Below, piece by piece: positions 1-12,475 of a stretch of DNA of 64,000 nt. The position numbers were made by a program, and so were the translations under genes. Location of the stretch: contig NIVC01000776.1 of assembly GCA_002269645.1 (NCBI GenBank), positions 62,001 through 126,000 on the forward strand, read 5' to 3'. The notes below the pieces were generated by a model that saw nothing but the letters and a program-made list of their open reading frames with translations, did not search any database and was not told where the DNA came from. Every line of letters starts with the position of its first letter. Within the stretch, counting starts at the first letter, position 1. Origin of the DNA: Macrostomum lignano. Its lineage: Eukaryota.

Positions 1-337
1 GTGTCCGTCTCACCATTCCCTCACGTGTCAGTCTCACCATTTCCTCACGTGTCCGTCTCACCATTCCCTCACGTGTCAGTCTCACCATTTCCTCACGTGT
101 CCGTCTCACCATTCCCTCACGTGTCCGTCTCACCATTCCCTCACGTGTCCGTCTCACCCTTCCCTCACGTGTCAGTCTCACCATTTCCTCACGTGTCCGT
201 CTCACCCTTCCCTCGCGTGTCCGTCTCACCATTCCCTCACGTGTCAGTCTCACCATTTCCTCACGTGTCCGTCTCACCCTTCCCTCGCGTGTCCGTCTCA
301 CCATTCCCTCACGTGTCCGTCTCACCCTTCCCTCGCG
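1..337. repeat. 24-bp minisatellite (GTGTCCGTCTCACCATTCCCTCAC), about 14 copies, in an ACC intron
   Basis: Direct tandem units visible from base 1; explains the spurious VSVSPFPH ORF. Confidence 0.95.
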
Positions 338-861
338 ACCGTCTCGCCCTTTATTAATAATCTTATCTCTCATCCTCTGCTCCTCTCATTTCCCTCGCCG
401 CCCTACTATCTCAGATCCCTCTTCTATCAAAACCTGTTATAAGTTAAATAAGCTCGTATTTTAAGCTCGTATCGGATGCAAGCTTAAATACGCAGAACTA
501 TTTAATTAATAAGTAGTGTGACAAGAATGGAATAACAAGTTCTTTGGCCTGCCTTTAGAAGCAAACTGTTAGCCAGATGAAAAGATTACCGAATAACACA
601 TTACTGCGGCATGAACTACATAGTGGGTTGAGCAGCAGCCGCTTATTATTTCCAAACGGAAACCTCAAATACTCCTATGAATAAGAGTTACCAACAGAAC
701 AATTTTACGTACACTTGAGCGGACAGGCAACTCAATCTGAAAAATAATAGATTTTTATCCACTTTGTTTATTACTCCTTAAGCACTACTACTGCCCAGTA
801 TAAGTAGCAAAGCATGTAAATAATAGCTTGCTTCCAGACTGCTCCAGTAGCATAGGCTCAC

Positions 862-3704
862 CTATTGGGATGCGACGAGGGCAGCAGGAAGCGAAAGTCC
901 AGCACGAACTTGTTGCAGGACCTCAGCACGGAGTGCTGCACGCAGGTCAGGTCGTAGGCAATGTAGGCCCGCCGGATGTACACCTCGCAGGCGGCGATGC
1001 GGACCAGCGGGTCGTGATGAAAGAAGAAGTCCGGGATGAGGTCGAATATCGAAGTCTCGGCCTGGATGAGCTGCTCCAGGTAGCTGGAGTTGCCGGAGGA
1101 GATGTAGGACAGGAAGAAGCTCTCCACCTGATTGTGCCGCAGCTCGTAGGCGGGCGTCTGCGAGTAGATGAGCAGCTGGCGGGCTTTGAGCACCACGCTG
1201 GCGTTGTCGGCGCGGCGCAGGGTGGTCAGGCGGATCAGCGCCTCCCTGAGATCGTCCAGCAGGGTCTTGTCGGACTGCACGAATTTCTCCAGCAGACAGA
1301 CGACCAGGCGGTTCTTGAAGGCCACCCGGCTGTGCGAGAACACGTAGTTGGCCACGGTGGCGCGGCTCTTCTTGAACTGCTCCAGCAGCTCGGCGATGCA
1401 CTTGTCGATGTGGCCGCTTTGGAAGTGGCGCTCGATCTCGTAGTAAGCGTCCAGCAGCTCCATCAGCGTGTTTGCCAGGTTGCCCCGGGAGCCGCGCCGG
1501 TAGTGCTTGAGCAGGCCGCTGATTGGCTGGATGTTCAGGTAGAAGGCCTGCTTGTCCCCAGGCATGCAGCCGCCGAATGCGTCAATGATGTGCTCAATCT
1601 CTGCGGCCGGGAATCTGGAGAGCACGCTGGTGATGTTGCTGGCGTATTTGGCCATCTGCTCTCGAATTCGCTGCTCCAGCAGGGTGGGGATGCGGCCGGA
1701 CACCTGCGACATCATCTCCTTGAGCTCGACTAGCGGCAGCGCCGGGTCCTTCAGCGATACCAGCAGCGTCTCCACCTGAGTGCGTTCCAGTTTATCATTG
1801 CTATTTTCTTAATGCACTACTAAACAAGCATAGTGAGTAGTATTAAGGACAAGATATTAGAATAGAAAAAGTTTCTTAGCACATTTTTTATGCAGCAAAA
1901 TGGAAAGGCACTAAAGCAAATCAATCGGATCTATAGGGCTCTATCGCCCAGTAAGCGGCTCTATCGGGTATTAAGCGGTTATATCGGGTATTAAGCGGTT
2001 ATATCGGGTATTAAGCGGCTCTATCGGGTATTAAGCGGCTCTATCGGGTATTAAGTGGTTATATCGGGTATTAAGCGGCTCTATCGGGTATTAAGCGGCT
2101 CTATCGGGTATTAAGTGGTTACCTGCTGCACCATCCACTCGCTAAAGTTCGGCTCGGGAATGACGTAGCCCTGCAGAGCGGACTTGAGCTGCTGCACAAT
2201 TCGCTCCACAATCTGGTTGAGCCGCAGGCCGGTGTGCGGCTGCGTGCCGGCCAGGCTGGCCGGGAATCCCCCGGTGTACAGCTCCGCCTGCCGCACCCGC
2301 GACGGGTCATCCAGCTCCAGGCTGGCCAGCTGCTCACCGGCGGCCACCTGCGCGCCCGGCCGCTTCTGGTGTCGGACGCAGCCGGACTCGGAGGCGCGCA
2401 GCTCCATCACCATCTTCATCACCTGGCGGGGTGGGGATTGTGGAAGCTGGCTGGGATGACTGGCTGCGACTGAGCATGTTGGAAGTAATCAGTGATACTG
2501 AGAACTGAAATCAGTTTCTTAGTGATCTGCCACCACTGCTTCCGGTCCCTTTGTGATCTGCCACCACCGCTTCCGGTCTCTTAGTGATCTGCCAACACTG
2601 CTTCCGGCCCCTTAGTGATCTGCCACCACTGCTTCCGGCCCCTTAGTGATCTGCCACCACTGCTTCCGGCCCCTTAGTGATCTGCCACCACTGCTTCGGT
2701 CTCTTAGTGATCGGTAACCCATTGCTACCAGTTTCATGGGGATCTGCTACCCCCACCCAGTCTAGCAGCGGTCTGTTGTGATGCACCGCCAGTCTTCTTA
2801 ATTCTCAAACTGGCCATGCAAGCCAAAGACAAGCCTGAGTGTGTCTGAATGGCATTAGCTCATAATCTTTAATTACAATGAATATTCCCAGAACTCCAGA
2901 AGAGACTATAAAAAGGCATGGCTATGCACTCGAGCCTGTCTAAAAGACAGAGACAGACTTTTGGTGCCATTAAACGTTTTTATGCATAGGCTTCGGCTGC
3001 GCCAGGCAAAATCCATATTGACTTTACCATATAAGCAAAAGCGTGAAGGAACTTGGGAGGGGAGAGAAGAGATGAAAGAAGAGGAATTGAAGAATTTGAA
3101 GGCAAGATTCCGCGAATTGGTATCTAGGCGGGACCGATCAGTCTCTCTCTGCCTCCCTCACCCAAGGACTTCACAAACAAAAGCTTCGAAGGCAGGCAAT
3201 GATGGAATTAGCAGTGCTGCCATTCCAATCAGTGCAGGATCAGCCTGAGGCCTAAAGCATCAAGATAGTCCTGGCCCATACACACTGAGCGGCCTAGAAT
3301 GGCATTACTTGGGCCCGCCCTGATCCCACGTCTGCAACCCAAGCGCGCTCACTTCGATCTCGGCGTAGACGCTGCCCTGAGTCACGTGACCACAGTCTGG
3401 CACTGTGAAGCGCAGCAGCTTGCCCGGCGACGGGCTCATGAGCACGGTGGGGTCGTGCTCCTTCTCCAGCGTGCAGGTCTGGTTGTCGATGATCACCCGG
3501 TAGCCGGTGGCCTCGATGCAGGAGTACGTGCTGTAGGAGGACCCGTTCAGCGACAGCAGCAGGCCACCGTCGCCAAGGCGGTGAGCCTCCGCCTCCAGAC
3601 AAGAGCCGTTGAGCAGAAGGAAGTAGGAGCTCTCGCCCGACTGCACCACCTCCAGGCGGTACTTCACGTTCTGCGGAAGGAGAGGCGGGGAGTGGGGTCA
3701 CAGT

Positions 3705-3747
<43 letters not shown>

Positions 3748-3766
3748 GGCAGGCAGACAGACAGAT

Positions 3767-3809
<43 letters not shown>

Positions 3810-3838
3810 TAGGCAGACAGACAGACAGACAGACAGGC

Positions 3839-3883
<45 letters not shown>

Positions 3884-3930
3884 GGCAGACAGACAGACAG
3901 ACAGACAGACAGGCAGGCAGACAGACAGAT

Positions 3931-3989
<59 letters not shown>

Positions 3990-4014
3990 TAGGCAGACAG
4001 ACAGACAGACAGGC

Positions 4015-4047
<33 letters not shown>

Positions 4048-7000
4048 GGCAGGCAGACAGACAGACAGACAGACAGGCAGGCAGACAGACAGGCAGACAG
4101 ACAGACAGACAGACACACAGAGACAGAGCAGAGCCCCTAGCACACCTGGTGAACGAGTTCCAATGTCACGGAGTTCTTCAAGTGGCCCATATTGCAGGAC
4201 TGGCCACGGTCCAGCTCGGACACGACCTGATGCAGCACGGTGCGCAGCTCCTGATAGGCCAGGTGAAGGCTGGCAGAAATCACTGCGAGGAAGGCGTTGG
4301 GCTTCTCAGTGCGGACCCGCTCGGCAATGAGGCGGTCCAGCCAGCCCGTGTTGATGCGGTTCTCCGCGAAGCTCTCGTCCTCCAGCAGGCGGATGAGGTA
4401 CTCCACAGTGGTGCGGAAGTCGCTGCGGATTGACAGCTCCTTGAGTGCGATGATGAGGTTCTCCCGGGCGGCCTCCCGGTGGTCGCCGAAGGAGAAGCAG
4501 TGGCCGAACTGCGAGTCGGCGAACTCGTGCAGGCCGCCGGTGCTGACCACGCTGAAGTAGCCCCAGACGTTCTTGGAGCCGCGGAAGATCAGATCCTGCA
4601 CCGCCCCGGTGCTCGGCTTGAAGCCCTCGTCCGGATTCTCCGAGGTGATGCGGGCGGCGATCACGTGACCGCTAGGCTCCGGCTGCGTGTCCGGCGACTC
4701 GAAGTCGATCTCGCTGGAGCCCAGCGGGTCCTGCCTGTACAACACCCGGATCTCCTTGATGCGGTGCAGCGGCAGCCCCATGCCGATCTGAAGGCGGTGT
4801 CGGATTTCGCAGAAAATAAAACCAATTCCTGACGGACGCAGCAGCTTAGGCGGAAAAAATCGATCGAAGGATCCAAAAAATGTTGGAGCTGGAAGACTTA
4901 TTTGCATATAAGAAAACTCCCCAACATTTCTATCCCAAATGCCAGTGCCGTTTGTTAGGAAAACAAGGACCGCGGAACAGGGGCAGAGGGCATTGATGTT
5001 GACACTGGCGATTACATGCATGCATTGCTTAACTTTAGAATGGAGGATCCATCCATCCAAGGGAGGTCAAAGAGGTCGGCTGTCCCCCCTTGGTGAAAAT
5101 GGTATTTTTGACATAAAACTCTATGTTAAAAATTTTCCTCCGCTCGGTAATGCATTTTTGGAAAATGTTATTATTACTCTTCAAAAGTTTTCAAGAATTG
5201 TCCCGCCAGTCTACTTCTGGCGGTCAGTCAGTTGCGAGCAACTTTGCCGCTGATTAATTGACAGTTTTTGTTTTGCAGCTAACTGAGCTTTGGCCATTGA
5301 ATACAAACAAGTACCATACAAATGCACCCTGGCAGTTCTCGGGGCCTGCCGCCTGACCCTACGCGTTACAGTATAATCACGCCACTCCAGTGCCGTTCGC
5401 TCCGATCCGCCGTACGGGTGGGGGGGGGCTGACAGACACTAAACTGGGGGGAATGGGGCTGAATCTATTTTTAGAACACGCGCGTACAGGCGGCAGACCA
5501 GCAACTAGGCTAGGCTAGGCTGGTACACGCAAACTTGGGTACGGCCTCGGCCCAGTGGGGGGGGGGTGGTCTGAGAGAACGGAGCTTTGACCGCGCCACC
5601 TCCATGTGCTACAATACTGCCCTGCCAGCAACAGCAATAGCTCAGGGAAAACTATTATATAACGCTAACTAACTGGGGCGCCCAAAACTGGCCTTTATAT
5701 CCGCCCAAATATCAATGATGCGATTTCGCCCTGCCATGATGAAAATATTTCTTAAAAACAGGAAATTCTCACCTGCAGCTGGCAGGCGGGCAGGTTAACA
5801 TTGGTGACCATCTCAGTGCACGGATGCTCAACCTGTAGCCGAGGATTAAGCTCCAGGAAGCAGTAGGAGTTGGTCTCCGGGTTGTACAGGTACTCCACCG
5901 TGCCCGTGCTGACGTAGCCAACCAGCCCGGCCAGCCTGACGGCCGCCCGCTCCATGTCCGCCAGCAGCTCCGGCGGCGCCACGGTGATCGGCGCCTCCTC
6001 GATGATTTTCTGATGCCGCCGCTGGATGCTGCAGTCGCGGCCGAACAGCGAGATGGCCTGGCCACAGTTGTCAGCCAGCAGCTGCACCTCCAGGTGACGG
6101 GCGTTGGGCGCGAAGGCCATCACGAATATCGGGCTGCCGGGGACCTCCGCTTGCACCTGGCGGCGTCAGGCGTTAGGAATGTCCGACACTAAATTAGATG
6201 CGAGACACTAGAGATGCCAGGGATGTATCAGGGCTGTCAGACACTGTATCTGGGCTGTAAGACACTGTATCAGGGCTATAAGACATTATCAGGGCTATCA
6301 GACACTATCAGTGCTGTCAGACACTGTATTAGGGGTGTCAGGCACTGTATCAGAGCTGTCAGACACTGTATTAGGGGTGTCAGACACTGTATCGCGACTG
6401 TAAGACACTGTATCAGGGCTGTTAGACACTGTATTAGGGCTGTAAGACACTGAATCAGGGCTGTCAGACACTGTATCAGGGCTGTCAGACACTGTATCAG
6501 GGCTGTCAGACACTGTATCAGGGCAGCTGTCAGACACTGTATCAGGGCTGTCAGACACTGTATCTGGGCTGTAAGACACTGTATCAGGGCTATAAGACAT
6601 TATCAGGGCTATCAGACACTATCAGGGCTGTCAGACACTGTATTAGGGGTGTCAGACACTGTATCAGAGCTGTCAGACACTGTATCAGGGCTGTCAGACA
6701 CTGTATCAGGACTGTCAGACACTGTATCAGGGCTGTCAGACACTGTATCAGGGCAGCTGTCAGACACTGTATCAGGGCTGTCAGACACTGTATCTGGGCT
6801 GTAAGACACTGTATCAGGGCTATAAGACATTATCAGGGCTATCAGACACTATCAGTGCTGTCAGACACTGTATTAGGGGTGTCAGACACTGTATCAGAGC
6901 TGTCAGACACTGTATTAGGGGTGTCAGACACTGTATCGCGACTGTAAGACACTGTATCAGGGCTGTTAGACACTGTATTAGGGCTGTAAGACACTGAATC

Positions 7001-9591
7001 AGGGCTGTCAGACACTGTATCGCGACTGTAAGACACTATCAGAGCTGTAAGACACTGTATCAGGGCTGTCAGACACTTTATTAGGGCTGTAAGATAAGGA
7101 ATGCCAGTAACGATTTTAGCATCCGTTGCGGATGTAAAAAAGTGTATGTCAGTCACTAAGGGAGTCGAGGACATGTTCAATGCCAGACTGACCTGCAAGA
7201 ACAGGTTGGGCACATCGGCCGCAGTCTCGGCCTTCCTGATGCCCTTGCCGCCGCCGCCCTCGCTAGCTTTGATCATTAGCGGGAAGCCGACTTTCTGTGC
7301 GGCGGCCAGGGCCTCGTCGGCGGTTTCAACGCAGGCCAGCCTGTAGAGATCCTGCGGCACAGTCAGGGGAGGCCGCCGGCCGGAACTATCGGGGTCGAGG
7401 CTGGCGGCCATCGACTCGTCGTCCAGGCGCAGGTCCGAGCCGCTCCAAGGCAGGCAGGGGACGCCGGCGCTCTGGGCCACGATGCTGGAGGCGATCTTGT
7501 CGCCCAGAGCCCACATCGCCTCGGCCGGCGGGCCCAGAAAGATGATTTCGTGCTTGCGCAGCAAATCCGGCAGCTTGGGATTCTCGGAGGCGTGGCCCCA
7601 GCCGGCCCAAACCGCCTGGACATTGTTCCGCCTGGCGATGTCCACAATGAGCTCCACGTTGGCGTAGTTGTTGTTGTTGGAGCCGCCGGTGACGGGCACG
7701 TAGCTGTCGGCCAGCCGGACGTACTCGGCGTTGGCCTGCAAGTCCTCGGGCGTCACCATGCAGACAAACTTGATGGCGCGCTCGTTGCGAAACACTTCGT
7801 AGCACCAGCGCCGGATGGAGCGCATGCACTTCACGGCGGCGATGCCGTTGTTGGCGATCAGCACCCGCTCGATCACGTGACTGCCGCCGTTGCGGAGCAC
7901 GAACTCGGCCGGGGAGGCCACGACCAGGCTGGAGGCGGACGAGCTTTGGCTGGCCTGGTTGCGCGAGCCGCGCCTGGAGGTGGGAAAATTGCCGAAATTG
8001 GATCAGTTGGGCCAGCGGTCGCATTTCGCAACCCACACTGCTCTCTGCAGCTGCCTGCGTCTCATTGTGTTCACCGTCTGAGCCAGCTGGCCCCGCCTCT
8101 GTCTGTCTGTCCCCGCCTTTGCCAGTCTGTTCCCGCCTTTGCCAGTCTGTCCCCGCCTTTGCCAGTCTGTCCCTGCCTTTGCCAGTCTGTCCCTGCCTTT
8201 GCCAGTCTGTCCCCGCCTTTGCCAGTCTGTCCCCGCCTTTGCCAGTCTGTCCCCGCCTTTGCCAGTCTGTCCCCGCCTTTGCCAGTCTGTCCCCGTCTCT
8301 GCCTGTCTGTCCCCGCCTTTGTCTGTCTGTCCCCGCCTTTGTCTGTCTGTCCCCGCCTTTGTCTGTCTGTCCTCGCCTCTCCTACAGCCGATCCCTGCCT
8401 CTCCTACAGCCGATCCCTGCCTCTCCTACAGCCGATCCCTGCCTCTCCTACAGCCAATCCTCGTCTCTCCTACAGCCGATCCCTGCCTCTCCTACAGCCG
8501 ATCCCTGCCTCTCCTACAGCCGATCCCCGCCTCTCCTACAGCCGATCCCTGCCTCTCCTACAGCCGATCCCTGCCTCTCCTACAGCCGATCCTCGCCTCT
8601 CCTACAGCCGATCCCTGTATCTCCTACAGCCGATCCCTGTCTCTTCTACAGCCCACCTCTGCCTCTTCACCTCTCCATTTAGCCGATGCAAGCCAGTGGC
8701 TACCAATCTAACAGAGAGATAAGACAACCCCCCCCGCAGCCGCTGATTTCGGTGCAATCAGGTGCCAGGTGGGCCGATGCGCACCTGAACACACGCCTCT
8801 CGGCAGTATTTCAAAAATAAACTTCATTAAAACAAGTACAAGTGCAAGCCAGGTGCGAAAAAAGTGCAATGGCAACACGAAAATTTGAGTTTGACTATTA
8901 AATCAATTTACTAGCCGAGAGAACAGCAGAGGAAAAGCTGCGAAAGGTCATCACAGAAGTCACAATAGATGATCACGTGATAAAGACCAATTGAAGCCTA
9001 TAGTGGTTAGAGCGTCGGACTCACGACTTGAAGGTCGGGGGTTCGATTCCCGATCCCAATGGAACAATTTGTGTCCTTGGGCAAGGCACTTAGCTCTGCA
9101 TTGCTTCAGTTCACCCGGCTGTAAAATGGTTGCCAGCATTAGCTGGGGTAATTGAGGGTGTGTGGCGACCCCCAGTCCTTGGACTGAACAGCCGCACGCA
9201 GCCTTCAGATCAGTAGCTGCGGCTGAGCTGTCGGTTGCACATTTGGCCCAATTGGAGCAGGTGTAATCAATCGCATACAAGACTGCTAATCTCTATCAGG
9301 ATAGCAGCCTGACTTAACACGACGAGGCATCCCATCTTGATCCCCTTCCTGTGCTCACAGGATTTCTAGCTTGAGTTGGCCCCCCCTTTTGAATTACGAA
9401 ACGGCAACATTGAAGGAGTGCCGGTTGGCAAGAAATGAAAAACAGTCAAGCCTCACCGGCCGATGCTGGGCTCGGAGGCCTGCTTGTACAGGGGGAAGTG
9501 GCCGCCGCCGCTGCCGCTGCTGCTGTTACCGTTGGTTGTGGACGCTTTGGCGTTGGGCACAGCTGCTTCAACTCCGCCATTCTGCTGCTGT

Positions 9592-9623
<32 letters not shown>

Positions 9624-9689
9624 CAGAGACTGCGGCTCGTCCGTGAAAGTCACCCCCTTCCTCTGCTTGCTGCTCTCCGAGTCCGACAT
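862..9689 (-). CDS. ACC: Acetyl-CoA carboxylase (eukaryotic multidomain ACC): N-terminus, biotin carboxylase, BCCP and start of central domain. The gene continues beyond the left edge; the CT domain is not in the window
   Basis: Exons (minus): 9689-9457, 7973-7193, 6156-5773, 4787-4146, 3670-3353, 2422-2123, 1775-862, all GT-AG and phase-compatible. Motifs: [78 protein letters not shown], biotinylation site EVMKM (split AEIE|VMKM), LPSSHPNR. Confidence 0.97.
1961..2120. repeat. 20-bp minisatellite (TTAAGCGGCTCTATCGGGTA), about 8 copies, abutting the ACC donor at 2122
   Basis: Tandem units visible; the array begins at about intron position +2. Confidence 0.9.
2517..2712. repeat. 31-bp minisatellite (CTTAGTGATCTGCCACCACTGCTTCCGGCCC), about 6 copies
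   Basis: Tandem units in ACC intron 2423-3352. Confidence 0.9.
3704..4115. repeat. (GACA)n microsatellite filling ACC intron 3671-4145
   Basis: Direct inspection; source of the RQTD/SVCL ORFs. Confidence 0.97.
6225..7095. repeat. About 21-bp minisatellite (GTCAGACACTGTATCAGGGCT) filling ACC intron 6157-7192
   Basis: About 40 tandem variant units, with longer variant blocks repeated. Confidence 0.95.
8095..8650. repeat. Two adjacent minisatellites: 20-bp (CCCCGCCTTTGCCAGTCTGT) then 22-bp (CCTCTCCTACAGCCGATCCCTG)
   Basis: Tandem units in the first coding intron of ACC. Confidence 0.93.
8993..9330 (+). mobile_element. tRNA-derived SINE with a CORE-like central domain, antisense in ACC intron 1
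   Basis: A box TAGTGGTTAGAG (9001-9012) and B box GTTCGATTCC (9041-9050) without a proper acceptor stem, followed by GTGTCCTTGGGCAAGGCACTTAG...GCTTCAGTTCACCCGGCTGTAAAATGG (9071-9129), resembling the MIR/CORE-SINE core. The 3' end is approximate. Confidence 0.75.
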
Positions 9690-12475
9690 TCTCAGTGCGA
9701 CAGTCTCAGAAAGGAAATTGGTCACAGAACGCTTCGCTGGCGAGTTTATCGCTTTATATTTAAGCTCTGTTCAATGGCGAGCCGCTGGTCAGTGATTGGT
9801 GTCATCAGGAATCGGCCGGGGTTGAGGCGGACGGAGATCAAAGGTCCCCCCTTGCTGCTGCTGCCACTGGCTCTCAGATAAGCGAACCACAAAAAGCAGC
9901 AAGAGCTAAAGAAGAGAAAAAACCTAAAAAACAATTTGACAGGCAGAATGAAGCGGCCTGGACAGACATTCCTGGACCGAGTGACGCGAGCCCGCCAGGC
10001 TTGGCTTTCAACAGTGAGGCAGGCTTGCCGCAATGCCCCGGGGTCAACGAGCTTGGAGTTTCGAATCGCACTATGATAAAGGAGCTGGCGTGACGCAATG
10101 CCAAAAAACTAGCAAAGCAGAGCAGACAAAGCTCTTTCGTTAACAAAGCCTTTTAGTTACACGCGTGTAGGATTAGTAGGCAGAAAATTATTTGAAACTA
10201 AAACATCAGAATTAAGCTCAAACTGATTAACAGCATGTATTATGCATTTGAAGTGACTTATGAAAGCCTTCTATATATTTTAGTAGAATCGAAACTATTT
10301 ACAAATAAATTGTCTTTTCAAAAAATCATCTCAAATTAGTATTGAACCTTTAAATATGAATCAATGATACACTAATATATAAAATATACTTTAAACTTAT
10401 GTTCTATGCAAGGATTTAAAATAACTTTTTTATATTCATAAAACAGATTGATAGTATGACATAAGGAAATAGTAGGATAACCAGTCTATGATGGTAGGAC
10501 ATAGGGTAATGCATAGTAGGACAAATGGAGTATGAGCATAGAATACAAGGCAATAGCAAGATCAATAGACTATGAAGTGGGATACAACACAATAGTAGGA
10601 CAAACAGACTAAAGACAAATGGTAAGACACAGGGAAATGGTAGGACAAACTAATAATAGGGCACAGAGTAATTGAATATATTGATAACAATAATGACTTA
10701 GGCCTAATACAAAATGTTTAACAATACTTTTTTGATATAGTATTGTTAAATATAGTAAACTTACCAAAAAACCATGTTATACATGCGCAACACCTGGTTG
10801 ACATGGCTGATCTAGCCAGTTGGCAAGGGGACTAGCCAAGGTAAGTCACAAAAATGCCCACCCAAAAAAAAAGATGTAGTACTAATTAGATGACAAGTTA
10901 TTTACTCCTTATACACATATAAGACAATTAAAGTTACTCTTGCCATTTATCCAAAAATTATAATAATTTTTGCTTTTAGGTTTCTTTTATAGTTAAGTCA
11001 TATTTTTGGTTAAAAAGTAAGTTGCATGGCCAGTGTAAATCAAGGGGGGTTGCGCATGTATAAAACATATACTATATCCCATTGTCTTCTAAAATTTTAT
11101 ACATTTTGTCTTTATAGATAGATGATCTTATGAGTCTACCTATAGAGAATATAAAACTTAAAATGATAAAGAAATAAAACTAATATTTTAACCTTCTTTT
11201 ATCTTCAAATTTATTTTTAAATACTATTTCTTTTTTGTAACTCTAATCACTTATAATTTTATAATGGATAATAAACATTAGAGGTTGGATGTGATCATAA
11301 TTGTGATCACAATTTTGTGAATTCATGACCATTTTTCATGATTATGATTAGGCCTACCTTGAAACCCATTCATGAGGTTATGAATTTTGATTTACTAAAA
11401 TAAAAATATGAACGCAAATGTGTAAAGCAATAATAAATTTTATATTTGTTGACTTGACAATGTTACTGAATATCTATTATCTAATATATAATAGTTTTTG
11501 TTCTTGTTTTATTATTTATTTTCTACACTTATAACTTACAATCTTGTAATGCATATATGCACATTCAAATATAAATTCATTTTTATGATTACAATCATGC
11601 CTGACTTTGAAAATTTCATAAAATTTCATGTCCAACCAAAATTTTCTACTTGTCCGACCTCTAATAAACATTATGCTAAAAATGAGTTGCCTAAACCTGA
11701 AAGCATTTTAACTCAAATCTCAAAGTGTTTTAGAGTTACTAGAAAGATGCTTATGCTACAAAATGTCTATGGGAAGCAACTGGCAATGTGAAGATTTTTT
11801 GAAGTGCATAGGCCTGAAGATTGTAGGGATAAATCTTAACAATCTAGTAGCTTTTAGTATGTTTAGCAATAAGACTGTTATTAACAAAGTTATTAACAAA
11901 GCTTTTATTAACAAAAAATGAAATACACCTAGCAAGTTTGCAAATAAAAATCTCCCATACCATAGTCAATTTTTGTTTCAACTTGGCTACCCTTATAACT
12001 ATTTAACACAAATTTGCAGAAAGGATGTCTACTTTGTTCAAACAGTTTAGTTCTAAACTTCTAGCTAGCAGGTTATATTTTACTTTACCTATATAGGCTA
12101 TAATCTGAACAGGATTATATTAGTGTAGCATGTGCAGGCAGGCAGTTCAGGACACCCAGTTTTCACTTCGTGACCACACTCAGCCTATCCGCTTCCCCTT
12201 GCTCGAGCACATCCCAATGCGTACTCAATGAACCGGAAATCTGAGCTCTGCCAGACAATAAATATACAGGCACAGCCACCTTCTATTTCTCAACCTTTTT
12301 GAGTGGCTAACTAACACTCGCAATAACCAGCTAGAGTTGCTTGCTACTACAATTAGGTCTAATCGCCGTTCAAACAATCAATGGATTCGTTATTTTAGAT
12401 ATATCTAATACACAAACACAAAAACTTACAGCTACAAATACTAATTAACTCATCAGATAATTGCAAGCAAACAAC

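Noticed and set aside
828-1733. Plus-strand 301-aa ORF and other antisense ORFs over ACC, GULO-like, caveolin and TRPM exons
   Set aside because: Shadow ORFs caused by high GC3 codon usage on the opposite strand; no family motifs.
6842-7921. GTG/TTG starts in the ORF track as true start codons
   Set aside because: These are internal eukaryotic exons with upstream AG acceptors (e.g. 7973, 6156, 2422, 1775, 24201).
8993-9066. tRNA gene
   Set aside because: A and B boxes are present but there is no acceptor-stem pairing, and the sequence continues into a SINE core domain.
10774-11068. About 18-bp imperfect inverted repeat (ATGTTATACATGCGCAAC) as a MITE
   Set aside because: No TSD or clear termini; too weak to call.
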